Source of the DNA: Minisyncoccia bacterium
Lineage (GTDB): Bacteria; Patescibacteriota; Minisyncoccia; Moranbacterales; GCA-2747515
Length of the DNA: 64,000 nucleotides
Direction of reading: 5' to 3'
Assembly: GCA_041738235.1 (NCBI GenBank)
Contig: JBGSQF010000012.1
Coordinates: forward strand, 10,363-74,362
Shown here: positions 44,583 to 54,771 of the stretch, in pieces
Layout: each line of letters starts with the position of its first letter
How positions within the stretch are numbered: the first letter of the stretch is position 1
The notes under the pieces: generated by a model
What the model saw: the letters and a program-made list of their open reading frames with translations, nothing else
What the model was told of the DNA's origin: nothing
Database searches by the model: none
Translations under genes and position numbers: made by a program

Positions 44583-44654
44583 CTGGGGAGGAGGGATTCG
44601 AACCCCCGCATGACGGGACCAGAACCCGTTGCCTTACCGCTTGGCTACTCCCCA
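44583..44654 (-). tRNA. tRNA-Gln (anticodon CUG)
   Basis: Minus-strand sequence TGGGGAGTAGCCAAGCGGTAAGGCAACGGGTTCTGGTCCCGTCATGCGGGGGTTCGAATCCCTCCTCCCCAG folds as a cloverleaf. It has U1:A72 and G73 (bacterial tRNA-Gln identity), U8, anticodon stem ACGGG/CCCGT with loop TTCTGGT, and T-loop TTCGAAT. CCA is not encoded. Confidence 0.75.
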
Positions 44655-44819
44655 AATTGATCCAAAATATTTCCCCATTATCTTACCCGTCTCGACTCGC
44701 GGAGCTCATCGACGCGAGGTGAGCCACTTGGCCATTCCCAAAGGTCGATCGTCTAGACAAGAAACAAAACAATCCTCTCACACAAGGATTGTTCTATAGT
44801 AACAAAAATCAGGAAAAAA

Positions 44820-45728
44820 TCAAATACTGAGAAATCTTTTCACGGCAAACCAACTCCCGATCATCCCTTGAAATATTCCACCAAGAAGAAGTCCTCCCGC
44901 GATCATCCCAGAGTGCGTGAAAAAGAGTTGAACCGTCCCTTGCTGAACCAGATCCCCAACTAACGGAGCTATAAATTGTGCCGTAAGAACCAGAAGAATG
45001 AATGCCAGTATGGCAGCAAATATTCCGTACCACATTCCCTCAAATAATAAGGGCATCTTTATATACAGATTCGATGCTCCCACCAATCGCATGATCTCAA
45101 ACTCCTGACGACTGGCATACATAGAAAGTCGAATAGCATTATAGGTAATAAGTATGGCGATAAACACAAATGCGGCACCAAGGGACAATCCGATCTTTTC
45201 TACCGTACTAATAAAGGTGGTTTGTCGGTTGATCACCGTCTTATTTTTTGCATAGTTGATCTCGTGAATGATCGAGGCAAAACGCGCATTTTCAATATCA
45301 TGCACTATTTGTTCATAATTGCGTGGATCCTGAGCTCGTATAACCAACGATGGTCGCAATGGGTTTTCCCCAAGGATCTCGAGTGATTTATCGATATTCT
45401 CACTCCCCTGTGATGATGCACGAAGCTGCATTAAAGCTTGATCAGGAGATACATATTCCACAGAGGCGATCCCTGCAGCATTTTGCAATTCCGATTTGAT
45501 CTCCTGCATCATGCTTTCGTCAGTCCCTGATTCAAAATAGACACTAACATTCATTGACCTCTCTCCGATACTCACGAGATTTCTCACAACCACACCAAAT
45601 ATGACCGTAATACCCATAATGTAGAGGGACAGCACCAGTACGCTGATCGTACCAAATGTGAGTGACCCGTCGCGAAAAAGACTTCGCCACCCTTCAACAA
45701 ATGTTCTTCTAAATTTGAGGAATTTCAT
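44820..45728 (-). CDS. ftsX: cell-division ABC transporter permease FtsX
   Basis: MKFLKFRRTFVEGWRSLFRDGSLTFGTISVLVLSLYIMG... with four TM helices. Located downstream of ftsE. Confidence 0.85.
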   Translation of the reverse strand: MKFLKFRRTFVEGWRSLFRDGSLTFGTISVLVLSLYIMGITVIFGVVVRNLVSIGERSMNVSVYFESGTDESMMQEIKSELQNAAGIASVEYVSPDQALMQLRASSQGSENIDKSLEILGENPLRPSLVIRAQDPRNYEQIVHDIENARFASIIHEINYAKNKTVINRQTTFISTVEKIGLSLGAAFVFIAILITYNAIRLSMYASRQEFEIMRLVGASNLYIKMPLLFEGMWYGIFAAILAFILLVLTAQFIAPLVGDLVQQGTVQLFFTHSGMIAGGLLLGGIFQGMIGSWFAVKRFLSI

Positions 45729-45785
45729 ACTATAGAGTATATAAATGCACTTTTTTTACTTTTGTTGTGTTTTTTGAGACTTCTT

Positions 45786-46469
45786 TTAATCCAGTGAATA
45801 ACGACCATTCTTTTCATCACGAGCCACATGTCCATTCTCGAGTACGATCACACGCTTCCTCACTTGATCCACGATCTCTTTGCTGTGCGTAGCCAAAAGA
45901 ACAGTCGTTCCAAAACTATTGATCTTGACCAACAGATCAACGATCCCATGGGTCGAGTCTGGATCAAGGTTACCCGTTGGTTCATCCGCAATGATCACTT
46001 TTGGATCAATGATAAGTGCCCTTGCCATAGAGACTCGCTGCGCCTCTCCGCCGGAAAGCTGTCGAGGGTAGAGATGTTCTTTTCCTTCAAGGCCCACAAC
46101 TGAAAGCATCTTTGGCACTTCTTCATCGATCTCATCATTGCTTCTTCCGTCCACCTCCAAAGCAAACGCCACATTCTCAAAAACGGTTCTGTTATTAAAC
46201 AGTTTGAAGTCCTGAAATACTGTCCCAAAGTTTCTCCGATAGTAAGGCAAAAGACGACGAGAGATCTCATTGGTTGGTCGACCAAAAAATATCACTCGCC
46301 CAGTCGTTGGCATCTCTTCAGCATACAACAATTTCAACAAAGTAGATTTACCTGCACCACTCGCTCCAACAAGAGAAACAAACTCTCCCGACTCAATAGT
46401 GATGTTTGTGTTGCGCAACGCGACAAAATCTTCCGGATAAATTTTTGATACGTCTTCAAATTGGATCAT
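45786..46469 (-). CDS. ftsE: cell-division ATP-binding protein FtsE
   Basis: Walker A GASGAGKST, ABC signature LSGGEAQR, Walker B IIADEPT. Confidence 0.9.
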   Translation of the reverse strand: MIQFEDVSKIYPEDFVALRNTNITIESGEFVSLVGASGAGKSTLLKLLYAEEMPTTGRVIFFGRPTNEISRRLLPYYRRNFGTVFQDFKLFNNRTVFENVAFALEVDGRSNDEIDEEVPKMLSVVGLEGKEHLYPRQLSGGEAQRVSMARALIIDPKVIIADEPTGNLDPDSTHGIVDLLVKINSFGTTVLLATHSKEIVDQVRKRVIVLENGHVARDEKNGRYSLD

Positions 46470-46594
46470 ATGCGTTGTTTTTCATTTGATACTTTTAGTA
46501 TAGCATAAAAATCTGCAAAGTTCCAAGCTTGAAAAGTTAAGGATCAGATAGACCAGAACTCCGGAACTTCCTTGTGCGCTTTATATTTATAACT

Positions 46595-47687
46595 CTAGTC
46601 ACGTCTGATCCATGCCTCCATAAATTCATCGATATCCCCATCCAATACCGCATCCACTTGTGCTGTTTCATGCTTTGTTCTGTGGTCCTTTACCATTTTG
46701 TAAGGATGGACAACGTATGATCGGATCTGACTTCCCCACTCAGCAGAACTTTGTTCACCTCGCAGTTTTTTCTGTTCCTCTTCTCGCTCTTGCATCTTCC
46801 TTTGAGCAAGTTTTGCACGCAATATAGCCATAGCCTGGAGTTTGTTCTGAAGTTGAGAACGCTCGTTCTGACAACTTGCCACTATCCCTGTCGGAATATG
46901 CGTGATACGTACTGCGGAATCTGTTGTATTGACCGATTGGCCTCCGGCGCCCGAAGAGCGGTACACATCCACACGGAGATCACTCTCTAGGAGAGACTCT
47001 TCCGTTGACTCCTCCACGACCGGTAAAACTTCTACGCGCGCAAATGACGTCTGTCGAAGGTTGTTCGCATTAAAAGGAGAAAGTCTGACCAACCGATGGG
47101 TTCCCTGTTCACTGGCAAGTTTTCCATACGCATAATCGCCCTCAATACGAAGGGTCGCACTCTTAATACCGGCCTCAGCCCCATACGTTTCATCAAGGAT
47201 CGTCGATCTATGCTCACTTCGTTCACACCACCGAAGATACATTCGCAAAAGCGTCTGCGCCCAATCCTGGGCATCCACCCCACCGGCACCACTTTGAATG
47301 ATAATGATCGCATCGTTTGAGTCATATGGACCAGAGAACAACAAGACCGTTTCAAGTTCTGTCATTTTTTTCTCGAGATCCGTCGTCATTCTTTCCACAT
47401 CACGCATCTCAACGGGCGACTCTGCTATATCGAGCAATTCGAGAACATCACGTGTTTCCTGATCCAACGACTCGTACTGAGATACCGTTCCCCTCGCCTG
47501 TGTCAATTTTCGCATTATTCGTTGAGCTCGCTCAGAATCATTCCAAAAGTCCGACTGAGAAGACACTCTTTCCAATTCTAAGATCTCTTCTTGTTTTTTG
47601 GAAACATCAAAGACGGTCCCGCAAAAGCGGGAGTTTATCGGATATCACATCAATTCTATCCCGCAAGGCTTTCTTTTCTTCTCTCAT
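46595..47687 (-). CDS. prfB: peptide chain release factor 2, requires programmed +1 frameshift: complement(join(46595..47608,47610..47687))
   Basis: Frame 1: ATG at 47687, then MREEKKALRDRIDVISDKLPLLRDRL and in-frame TGA (47607-47609), i.e. the CTT TGA shifty site. The +1 frame continues DVSKKQEEILELERVSSQSDFWNDSERAQ... through the GGQ motif (SGAGGQSVNTTDSAVRITHIPTGIV). Confidence 0.9.
47607..47612 (-). promoter_or_regulatory. prfB autoregulatory +1 frameshift site (CTT TGA)
   Basis: CUU UGA U at codon 26-27 of prfB, the same position and sequence logic as the E. coli prfB frameshift. Confidence 0.8.
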
Positions 47688-47719
47688 AAAAAACAAATTA
47701 AAGTATAAATGCTAAATAG

Positions 47720-48784
47720 TTACAATCCCACCCTATCCTTATTTCTTTTATGTTCCTCAAAATCTTTTGCAAAGTACGTTTGTCCTGTCTGGGGGTCGCT
47801 CAGAAAATACCAATAAGGGGAATCTTGTGGATGCAACGCCGCATCGATCGCATCAAGTGATGGATTTCCAACAGGTCCAGGAGGAAGCCCCTTATAGAGA
47901 TATGTGTTATATGGAGAATCCGTTTCAAGGTCATTTGCCGAATGCTGGACCTTCCCACTTTGAAGAATGTAATTCAACGTGGCATCACTTTGTAGTAGCA
48001 TTCCTGCATCGATACGTTTCCAGAAAATACCACTGACTATTTTCCTATCCTCGCTTGATCGAACCTCTCCCTCAAGAATGCTCGCCATGATCATGATGTC
48101 TACAAAGCTCTTGTTTTGCGATCTGCTCTCTGCGCGCAATGTTTTAGTTTTCGTATCAAATGTCTGAAGCATCCGCTGCACCAACTCTTCTCCGGTCGTT
48201 TCCGGAAGAAAGAAATATGTGTCCGGAAAAAGGTACCCCTCTAACGAAGACTTCTCAGGAAGGGTCGAGAGAAAATCAAAAGATGCCAGCATAGCCTCTG
48301 TTGGATGCTCTGCCACATCAAAGAAAGATTGGCCCAAAAGCCCCTTCTCCGTCAATCGGTCAGTCATCTCCTGCACCGTCCATCCTTCTGGAAATGTGAC
48401 CTTTATATCCCTCAATTTTGCCTCTCCGCGCGATATGATCGTAGCAATATCAGCTGGAGAAAGTGACCGCGCCAATTCATATACCCCAGCATGAAACGTT
48501 CCACGAAGTTTGTCTTGCCATACGCCAAAAAGAAAAACGTATTGGGAACTCACAAGTTTTTTCGCTTCCAACTTTTTTGCGATGGTCCACGCCCCATCTC
48601 CCTCGATAATTTCTATTCGAACCGTATCATTACTGCTCTCTACTGGTTTGTGATACAAAAAATCAGCCCAAAAATAGAGAGCAACACCAAAAAGAAAAAA
48701 GAATGCAACAATAATGGCTATTCTTTTTATTATCATAAAATGAGTAAATATCCCACTTCGATCCAAACTCTGAGATCGTATCAT
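47720..48784 (-). CDS. mltG: endolytic murein transglycosylase MltG (YceG family)
   Basis: N-terminal TM, then IEIIEGDGAWTIAKKL...LRGTFHAGVYEL and the YceG C-terminal region. Start could alternatively be MIIKRIA at 48736. Confidence 0.8.
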   Translation of the reverse strand: MIRSQSLDRSGIFTHFMIIKRIAIIVAFFFLFGVALYFWADFLYHKPVESSNDTVRIEIIEGDGAWTIAKKLEAKKLVSSQYVFLFGVWQDKLRGTFHAGVYELARSLSPADIATIISRGEAKLRDIKVTFPEGWTVQEMTDRLTEKGLLGQSFFDVAEHPTEAMLASFDFLSTLPEKSSLEGYLFPDTYFFLPETTGEELVQRMLQTFDTKTKTLRAESRSQNKSFVDIMIMASILEGEVRSSEDRKIVSGIFWKRIDAGMLLQSDATLNYILQSGKVQHSANDLETDSPYNTYLYKGLPPGPVGNPSLDAIDAALHPQDSPYWYFLSDPQTGQTYFAKDFEEHKRNKDRVGL

Positions 48785-48785
48785 A

Positions 48786-49424
48786 CTAAGCGACCCATTC
48801 TCCTTTCTTCACCGAAGGAGAGAAGGAAAAACCACGATACTCTTCACTATACATCTCCGTTCCCCGCTTCTCAAAGAACCAAATTGATCCACGTAATGAA
48901 ATGACCATCTTTCCGCCGTCCTTCAATTGGTCCTTGAGCAACTTTGGAACTTCCTCAAAATCAAGCCCGACCAATATTCTATCGTAAGGAGCATTTGCTG
49001 CATATCCTTCCGATCCATCTTCATTATACAATTCTATTTTTTTTCCTTTAAGGACATTAAATTTTTGAATATTCTCCTGTCCAAAACGGTATAGATCAGG
49101 AATGACCTCTAATCCCGTTACTCGACCCTCATCACCCACTATATAGGCCAAAAGCGCCACAACCCATCCTGATCCACTACCAACCTCCAAAACATTCTGA
49201 CCTTTCTCAACATCAAGCAGATCCAAAGAAAAAGCCACCACTGATGGTTGTGGTATTGTCTGTCCATATCCTATGGGTAGAGGTATGTCCACCTGTGCAT
49301 TATGCGACAGCGATTCAGGGACAAATTCCTCTCTTCCAATCATAGAGAACGCCTCTATGAGAGCATCATTTCGTGTATATCCCTTCTCTGTAAGATTCCG
49401 AACAAGATTACTCATATGACACAA
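48786..49424 (-). CDS. pcm: protein-L-isoaspartate O-methyltransferase
   Basis: GYGQTIPQPSVVAFSLDLL...VLEVGSGSGWVVALLA (SAM-binding motif I of PCMT). Confidence 0.85.
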   Translation of the reverse strand: MCHMSNLVRNLTEKGYTRNDALIEAFSMIGREEFVPESLSHNAQVDIPLPIGYGQTIPQPSVVAFSLDLLDVEKGQNVLEVGSGSGWVVALLAYIVGDEGRVTGLEVIPDLYRFGQENIQKFNVLKGKKIELYNEDGSEGYAANAPYDRILVGLDFEEVPKLLKDQLKDGGKMVISLRGSIWFFEKRGTEMYSEEYRGFSFSPSVKKGEWVA

Positions 49425-49468
49425 TTATTCCCGAAAACCCAGTGGAATACTCTATCCCAACTTATCTT

Positions 49469-49912
49469 TTACTCTCCGATCACTTGAATGATCGCCGAGC
49501 GTTTTCGAGACCCATCCAGATCAACACAAAACACACTTTGTCTCACACCAAGAACAAGCTCTCCTTGAACTACAGGCACCACCCCACTTGTTCCAAGAAA
49601 CATCGCCTTACAGTGGGAATGTCCATTGCTCCTACCATCAGAAATGGGAGTATTTTTCTTTAATTCGAAGAGGTCGTGCGAGTATTGTTCATCCGCTGGT
49701 GCCAACTTGTACAGCACTCGTGCAAAATCCTGCAATAAGAGCGGTTCATTGTGATTGATGATCACGCTCATCGTCGAATGTGGAGCGAATATCAGCACTT
49801 GTCCATTCTGGATCTTGGAATCATCCACAGCCTCACGAACCATCTGTGTTACATCAACAAATTCTATCTGAGATTTAGTTTCAAATTGTATCTCTTTTTT
49901 ATAGACTGTCAT
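49469..49912 (-). CDS. YjbQ/UPF0047 family protein
   Basis: FAPHSTMSVIINHNEP...GHSHCKAMFLG...GELVLGVRQSV is characteristic of YjbQ. Confidence 0.7.
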   Translation of the reverse strand: MTVYKKEIQFETKSQIEFVDVTQMVREAVDDSKIQNGQVLIFAPHSTMSVIINHNEPLLLQDFARVLYKLAPADEQYSHDLFELKKNTPISDGRSNGHSHCKAMFLGTSGVVPVVQGELVLGVRQSVFCVDLDGSRKRSAIIQVIGE

Positions 49913-49959
49913 TTCTTTTGGTTTTTTTAAAAACTATTCAGCTCAAACTCCGAAAGACG

Positions 49960-50277
49960 TCATTCCGCCCCCTCAAGAGCATTCTTTAAAGCCTCAGCTG
50001 TCTGCACGCCAGAAAATTCCTTCACAACTTTTCCATTTGCGAATATCTTGATCGTTGGAATAGACATGATCCCATGCTCTTGAGCTTTTTGAGGATTCTC
50101 ATCCACATTAAGTTTTCCCACAATGAACTTCTCTCCAACTTCCTTAGCAAGGTCATCAATGACCGGACCCATCATTTGACAAGGACCACACCAAGGTGCC
50201 CAGAAATCTACCAGAACGGGCTTATCAGCCTGGAGTACTTCGACATCAAAATTAGCATCAGTAAATGTTGCTTCCAT
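49960..50277 (-). CDS. trxA: thioredoxin
   Basis: WAPWCGPCQM active site; 105 aa. Confidence 0.9.
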   Translation of the reverse strand: MEATFTDANFDVEVLQADKPVLVDFWAPWCGPCQMMGPVIDDLAKEVGEKFIVGKLNVDENPQKAQEHGIMSIPTIKIFANGKVVKEFSGVQTAEALKNALEGAE

Positions 50278-50309
50278 ATATTTTTTTATAAAATTAGCAT
50301 AAAAAGAAC

Positions 50310-51542
50310 TTACCCTTTTAGTATATTACTTTTTAGCTTCTTTGGCAACTTCTCCATCATCAATCTTTCGATCTTTTGAGACCCATTATCCCAACTGAAC
50401 TGTTTGACCCTATCTCCATTCTTTTTCCCTTGCTCACAAACATCCTCCAGGTGTTTCAAACAGTAGCAAAATCCTTCGTACAATCCCCTTGCCCCCTCTT
50501 GGCAATAGACTCCTCCCTCACCGAGATATCTTCTATTGTTCTCGCGGTCAAAACACACAACCGGTAATCGAGCCGCCATATATTGCAAGATCTTTCCCGA
50601 TGCTTGATGAGTTGCGGAATCCTTTGGATCTATTCCTATGTCACAAACCGAGAGCAACCCCGGAAGATCAAAGTAGTGCAACGGAGAAATAATGCGAACG
50701 CTCTCTTCCAATGATCGCTCTCGAACAAGTCCGACGGCATACTCATCAGGAAAACCGGCGAGAATAAAACAGGCTTTATTTCCAAAGGCATTGCAAAACA
50801 TTTGTATCGCCTCTATCAGCGGAAGCATTCCCTTATTAGGGATCAATGCTCCCGTATAGACAAACACAGGTCTATCATCCGGAATGCCCCATTTCTGTCG
50901 GATGCTCTTTTCGTCAAGAGACCCTTGATAATGAGTGCTGTTTGCCCCATCCAATAGCGTTTCAGTTATTTGACCCTTTGTTCGTAACTTTTTGATCTCA
51001 TTCGTATTTTCCCATGAGCTCGTCACAACAACATCTCCTAGTCCGCTCACCCACCGCTCAACATATTGAAATATTTTTCGAAGCCACCCACCCTTTAAAT
51101 ATCCATGGGAGACCATTTCCGAAGTAAGTCCTCCATGAAGGTCAGATACCAACACCATTTTTCTCCAAAACAAAATATTCTTTACCACCCATCCTATCAA
51201 TGTTCCCTCATGCAAATGTCCGTATATAATATCAGGTCTTTGCTTTCGAGCCAAAGAGAATACCTTTCGCAAAAGCATAATATCCAACAAGATCTTCTGC
51301 CAGTCAGCTCCCGCCTCCAACTTCTTATACCAAAAAAGCCACCTCCGAATACGTCGATGATCGATATGCGTATCAAGCTTGCTAGGTATCTCCTCTCCAA
51401 TATGATATGACACCAACGTCACTGTATGTCCTCGCCGTTCAAGCGCCAACGCTTCCTCCAGTATACGAATGGGCGTCCCACGACTCACAAAAAAAGGCGT
51501 CGGAGCGATAACTAATATCTTCATTGCTTTACATGAGATCAA
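50310..51542 (-). CDS. glycosyltransferase family 1 (GT4)
   Basis: GT-B architecture with the N-terminal KILVIAPTPFFVSRGTPIRILEEALALERRGHTV donor-domain start. Alternative start MKILVIAP at 51524. Confidence 0.75.
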   Translation of the reverse strand: MISCKAMKILVIAPTPFFVSRGTPIRILEEALALERRGHTVTLVSYHIGEEIPSKLDTHIDHRRIRRWLFWYKKLEAGADWQKILLDIMLLRKVFSLARKQRPDIIYGHLHEGTLIGWVVKNILFWRKMVLVSDLHGGLTSEMVSHGYLKGGWLRKIFQYVERWVSGLGDVVVTSSWENTNEIKKLRTKGQITETLLDGANSTHYQGSLDEKSIRQKWGIPDDRPVFVYTGALIPNKGMLPLIEAIQMFCNAFGNKACFILAGFPDEYAVGLVRERSLEESVRIISPLHYFDLPGLLSVCDIGIDPKDSATHQASGKILQYMAARLPVVCFDRENNRRYLGEGGVYCQEGARGLYEGFCYCLKHLEDVCEQGKKNGDRVKQFSWDNGSQKIERLMMEKLPKKLKSNILKG

Positions 51543-51576
51543 TTCTTTCCCTATTCTACAACATCAAAACAGGCCA

Positions 51577-52074
51577 CTACTTAAAGAGAGAAACGATATA
51601 ATAGCAAACATAGGCACTCACCACACCAAGAAGAACCATAAAGAACCCGTGCGTTAACGGAGATTTTCCTTCAAGTTGTGCGCGATAGATCCCAAAGATG
51701 AACAATAACACTAGTCCTGTCATAATGGAAATAAACCTCGCTATCGAAAGATTCCCCATAACCATATACGAGATAAGAGGTAGTATAACGATAACTAACG
51801 TCAAGAACAACGAGCCGAGACACTGCGCAAGATCGTTCCGAGAAGGCGACTTGGTATGCAATAAAGGAGAACTTACAATGAGTGGCCCGAAAGAATTGGC
51901 AGCGCTTCCCGCTATACCTACGATAAGTCCAGCAACCACTATCGTCCAATGATCCGATGTTATCGTCGAAACACCCAGACTCACGCAAAAACTGGCAATA
52001 ACAGCCCCCACTATACCGAAGATAACTTCTCTCAACTTATTCTCCAGATCTGTAAACAAAGGCGTTGAGTCCAT
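51577..52074 (-). CDS. small membrane protein, possibly VIT1/CCC1-like (DUF125) family
   Basis: Five TM helices; IFGIVGAVIASFCVSLGVS resembles the VIT family N-terminal helix. Confidence 0.4.
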   Translation of the reverse strand: MDSTPLFTDLENKLREVIFGIVGAVIASFCVSLGVSTITSDHWTIVVAGLIVGIAGSAANSFGPLIVSSPLLHTKSPSRNDLAQCLGSLFLTLVIVILPLISYMVMGNLSIARFISIMTGLVLLFIFGIYRAQLEGKSPLTHGFFMVLLGVVSAYVCYYIVSLFK

Positions 52075-52125
52075 ATTATTGTGCTTTAGAGGTTAAACGA
52101 ACACCACCCCCCCTTAAGAAAGATA

Positions 52126-54699
52126 CTAAATATCCTCCGCTCTTACTACTACAATATCCCCAGGAGAAGGATTTCGTTCAATGACCACATCAGCGATCTT
52201 GGATTCTACCGTTTCAGCAATAAATCGCTTGACCGCTCGAGCTCCAAATACTGGATCGTATCCCAATTCAACGACCTTTTCTGGAACACCTTCTTGAAAC
52301 TCCAGAATGATACCTCGATTTTTTTTGATCGAATCGGCAAGCTCACTTAAAAGTATCTTACACACCTCAATAAGCTCACCTCCCGCGATCGGTCGAAAGA
52401 ATATTACACCATCAAAACGATTTAAAAATTCCACTCGAAATATGTTCTTATCGGTAATATATTCAATGATCTCCCTATGCACCGACTCTGTGTCCATACC
52501 TGCCTGAAATCTCTCTTTGATAACATTAGCTCCCGCATTCGAAGTGGCTATTATTATCAAATTCGTAAAAATCACTTTCTGTCCAAATGCATCGGTAAAA
52601 AACCCTTCGTCAAGGATCTGTAAGAAGAGATCCAAAACACCACCATCCGCCTTTTCTAACTCATCAAGCAGTAACACCCCGTATGGATGATCACGTACCA
52701 TCGTGGTCAACTGTCCCGGAATATTCAAGTCACGCGATCCCATAAGTCGATCAACTGCATTTGAACTTTGGAATTCACTCATATCAAGCCGAACCAATGA
52801 TCCCGTCTTTCCAAAATAGGCCTTCGACAGTACTTTTGCGAGCTCCGTTTTTCCCACGCCCGTTGGACCCAAGAAAAGGAAACTCCCAATCGCCCTTGTT
52901 GAGTCACTCATTCCAGCCCGAGATCGTTTAAGCGCACGGGCCACCTGTCGCACTGCCTCCGGTTGACCGACCACCCGCTCTGCTAATATCTTTTCTAGTC
53001 GCACCAATTTCTCTTTCTCTGAAACTTGAATATCCCCCAACGGAACACCTGTTTTGAAAGACACAAAAGTGTCGACTGTTTTTTGCGTGATAAATGGACC
53101 ATCCGGATGTTGCTGCCAATACAAAGCTGTTTCTTTGGCCACATCTAAAGCTCGTTCGGGCAGAGGAACCGTTGGATGAAAACGTCCACTATAGCGAATA
53201 ATGGTTCGAAAAGCTCCGATCGTGAACACCACCGTCTTCTTTTCATCGGTGTCAAAAAAATCCAAAAGGACCGAAAGAGCTGTGGCATCATCGATCGCCT
53301 CAAGTTCAATGATCTCAAGATACTGTAATATTCCCTCATTCCTTTCTAAAGAGTCATGATATCCCTGTCCTGAAACAGTGGCTATTATTCTAAAACTTGG
53401 AATAGGGAGGTATTTTACCAGAAGAGATGAGAGATCGATCGTGCCAAAACGCACCGCCCCTTCTCCCATATACCGATCGATGTTTTCTATGACTAGAGTG
53501 ATATTCCCTGCGTAGACCGCCTCAGAGAAAAGCTGTTCGATGGTTTCTTGTGGGTATTCCCCCTCATTTCTTGCAGAAAAAACGCGATCCAGGTCGATAT
53601 TTATAAGGCGCTCACCAGGTGAAAAAACATGAGCACTCCGTTCTCGTGTTTGTTTTGCAAGGAATTGTATAATAGACTTCTTCCCTGTTCCAGAAGGGGC
53701 TACCAGCAGAACACAGTTCTGCTCCGGACGAAGCAATGTCATCTTCATGCTCTCTAACTCACGAGGATGAGCACACACCCGCATATCTTCAAAGCTCCCA
53801 CGAGAAAGAATATCAAACCCATACCGGTCAATATTCGGAGTAAATCCAAAACGCCACTGCCGGGCGATCGGTCGAACCTTTCTCAAATTTTCTAATTTCC
53901 AGAAAGCCGATCTGTTCTTGCGATCTACTTCCAACTTCTGCTCCCAGGTTAATGCCTGTTGAAAATCCTCCTCTGGAACATGATGCTCTCGGAGCATTTC
54001 CCCCAATTCATCCAAAGACCGAAGAGAATGCAACCTCTCCTTAGATATTTCGATCCCTACACGGTTGAGCACACGAGAAAACCAGAATTGTCTAAGAAGC
54101 GCTTCTGGACGAGACAAAACCTCTTCTTGTTGAGCTCTCAGATATTGCATCAGTGCGAGCAGGAATATTGAGAGGACCATAACGCTCAAAACCCAATATA
54201 CGGAAGATCCTTCAGATATTCCCAATACAAGAAAAGCAAGAAAAGCAACGGGAAACGTGACCCACATCACAAAGACAAGGACCGAAAAGATACCCGCCAA
54301 TATAAATGCAGTGAGTCCCACCACGATCACAGAAAACCGTACCATAGATCCGATCACCCGAGATAGAGCATTTTCTGCTAGGAGTTGAATGAGTCGCACA
54401 GGATCAAATCCCCGCCAATACTTCTGGGAAACATCTCGATGCCATGGAGAAAACAGTGTAAGAAATAACTCCTGTATCGAAAAGAACTCCAACAAAAACC
54501 ACAAAAGATTCCTTGTGATCGAAAAGAGTGAGAGAAGTCCTTTTGTATAGTACCAAACCAAAAAAGACATAAACGTAAAAACTAACACAAATGTCCACTG
54601 AACACATAAAGTATACCATTTTTTTTGACATACTCCTATACACAAGAAATCGTTTTTTTCAAATGCTTTCCGAAAACCTAACTTTGTTGCACAGATCAA
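52126..54699 (-). CDS. membrane-anchored ClpA/ClpB-like double AAA+ ATPase
   Basis: N-terminal about 215 aa holds 5-6 TM helices. AAA-1 has a degenerate Walker A LLVAPSGTGKKSI. AAA-2 has FLFLGPTGVGKTELAKVL, LLLDELEKA and the Clp D2-small region. The start is uncertain: TTG at 54699 or ATG at 54570. Confidence 0.7.
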   Translation of the reverse strand: MICATKLGFRKAFEKNDFLCIGVCQKKWYTLCVQWTFVLVFTFMSFLVWYYTKGLLSLFSITRNLLWFLLEFFSIQELFLTLFSPWHRDVSQKYWRGFDPVRLIQLLAENALSRVIGSMVRFSVIVVGLTAFILAGIFSVLVFVMWVTFPVAFLAFLVLGISEGSSVYWVLSVMVLSIFLLALMQYLRAQQEEVLSRPEALLRQFWFSRVLNRVGIEISKERLHSLRSLDELGEMLREHHVPEEDFQQALTWEQKLEVDRKNRSAFWKLENLRKVRPIARQWRFGFTPNIDRYGFDILSRGSFEDMRVCAHPRELESMKMTLLRPEQNCVLLVAPSGTGKKSIIQFLAKQTRERSAHVFSPGERLINIDLDRVFSARNEGEYPQETIEQLFSEAVYAGNITLVIENIDRYMGEGAVRFGTIDLSSLLVKYLPIPSFRIIATVSGQGYHDSLERNEGILQYLEIIELEAIDDATALSVLLDFFDTDEKKTVVFTIGAFRTIIRYSGRFHPTVPLPERALDVAKETALYWQQHPDGPFITQKTVDTFVSFKTGVPLGDIQVSEKEKLVRLEKILAERVVGQPEAVRQVARALKRSRAGMSDSTRAIGSFLFLGPTGVGKTELAKVLSKAYFGKTGSLVRLDMSEFQSSNAVDRLMGSRDLNIPGQLTTMVRDHPYGVLLLDELEKADGGVLDLFLQILDEGFFTDAFGQKVIFTNLIIIATSNAGANVIKERFQAGMDTESVHREIIEYITDKNIFRVEFLNRFDGVIFFRPIAGGELIEVCKILLSELADSIKKNRGIILEFQEGVPEKVVELGYDPVFGARAVKRFIAETVESKIADVVIERNPSPGDIVVVRAEDI

Positions 54700-54771
54700 G
54701 TACTATTCGTTTCTTTTTCTGCAACTTTTGTGATACACTAGACACACAAATTCTTTATATATATACAAAAT

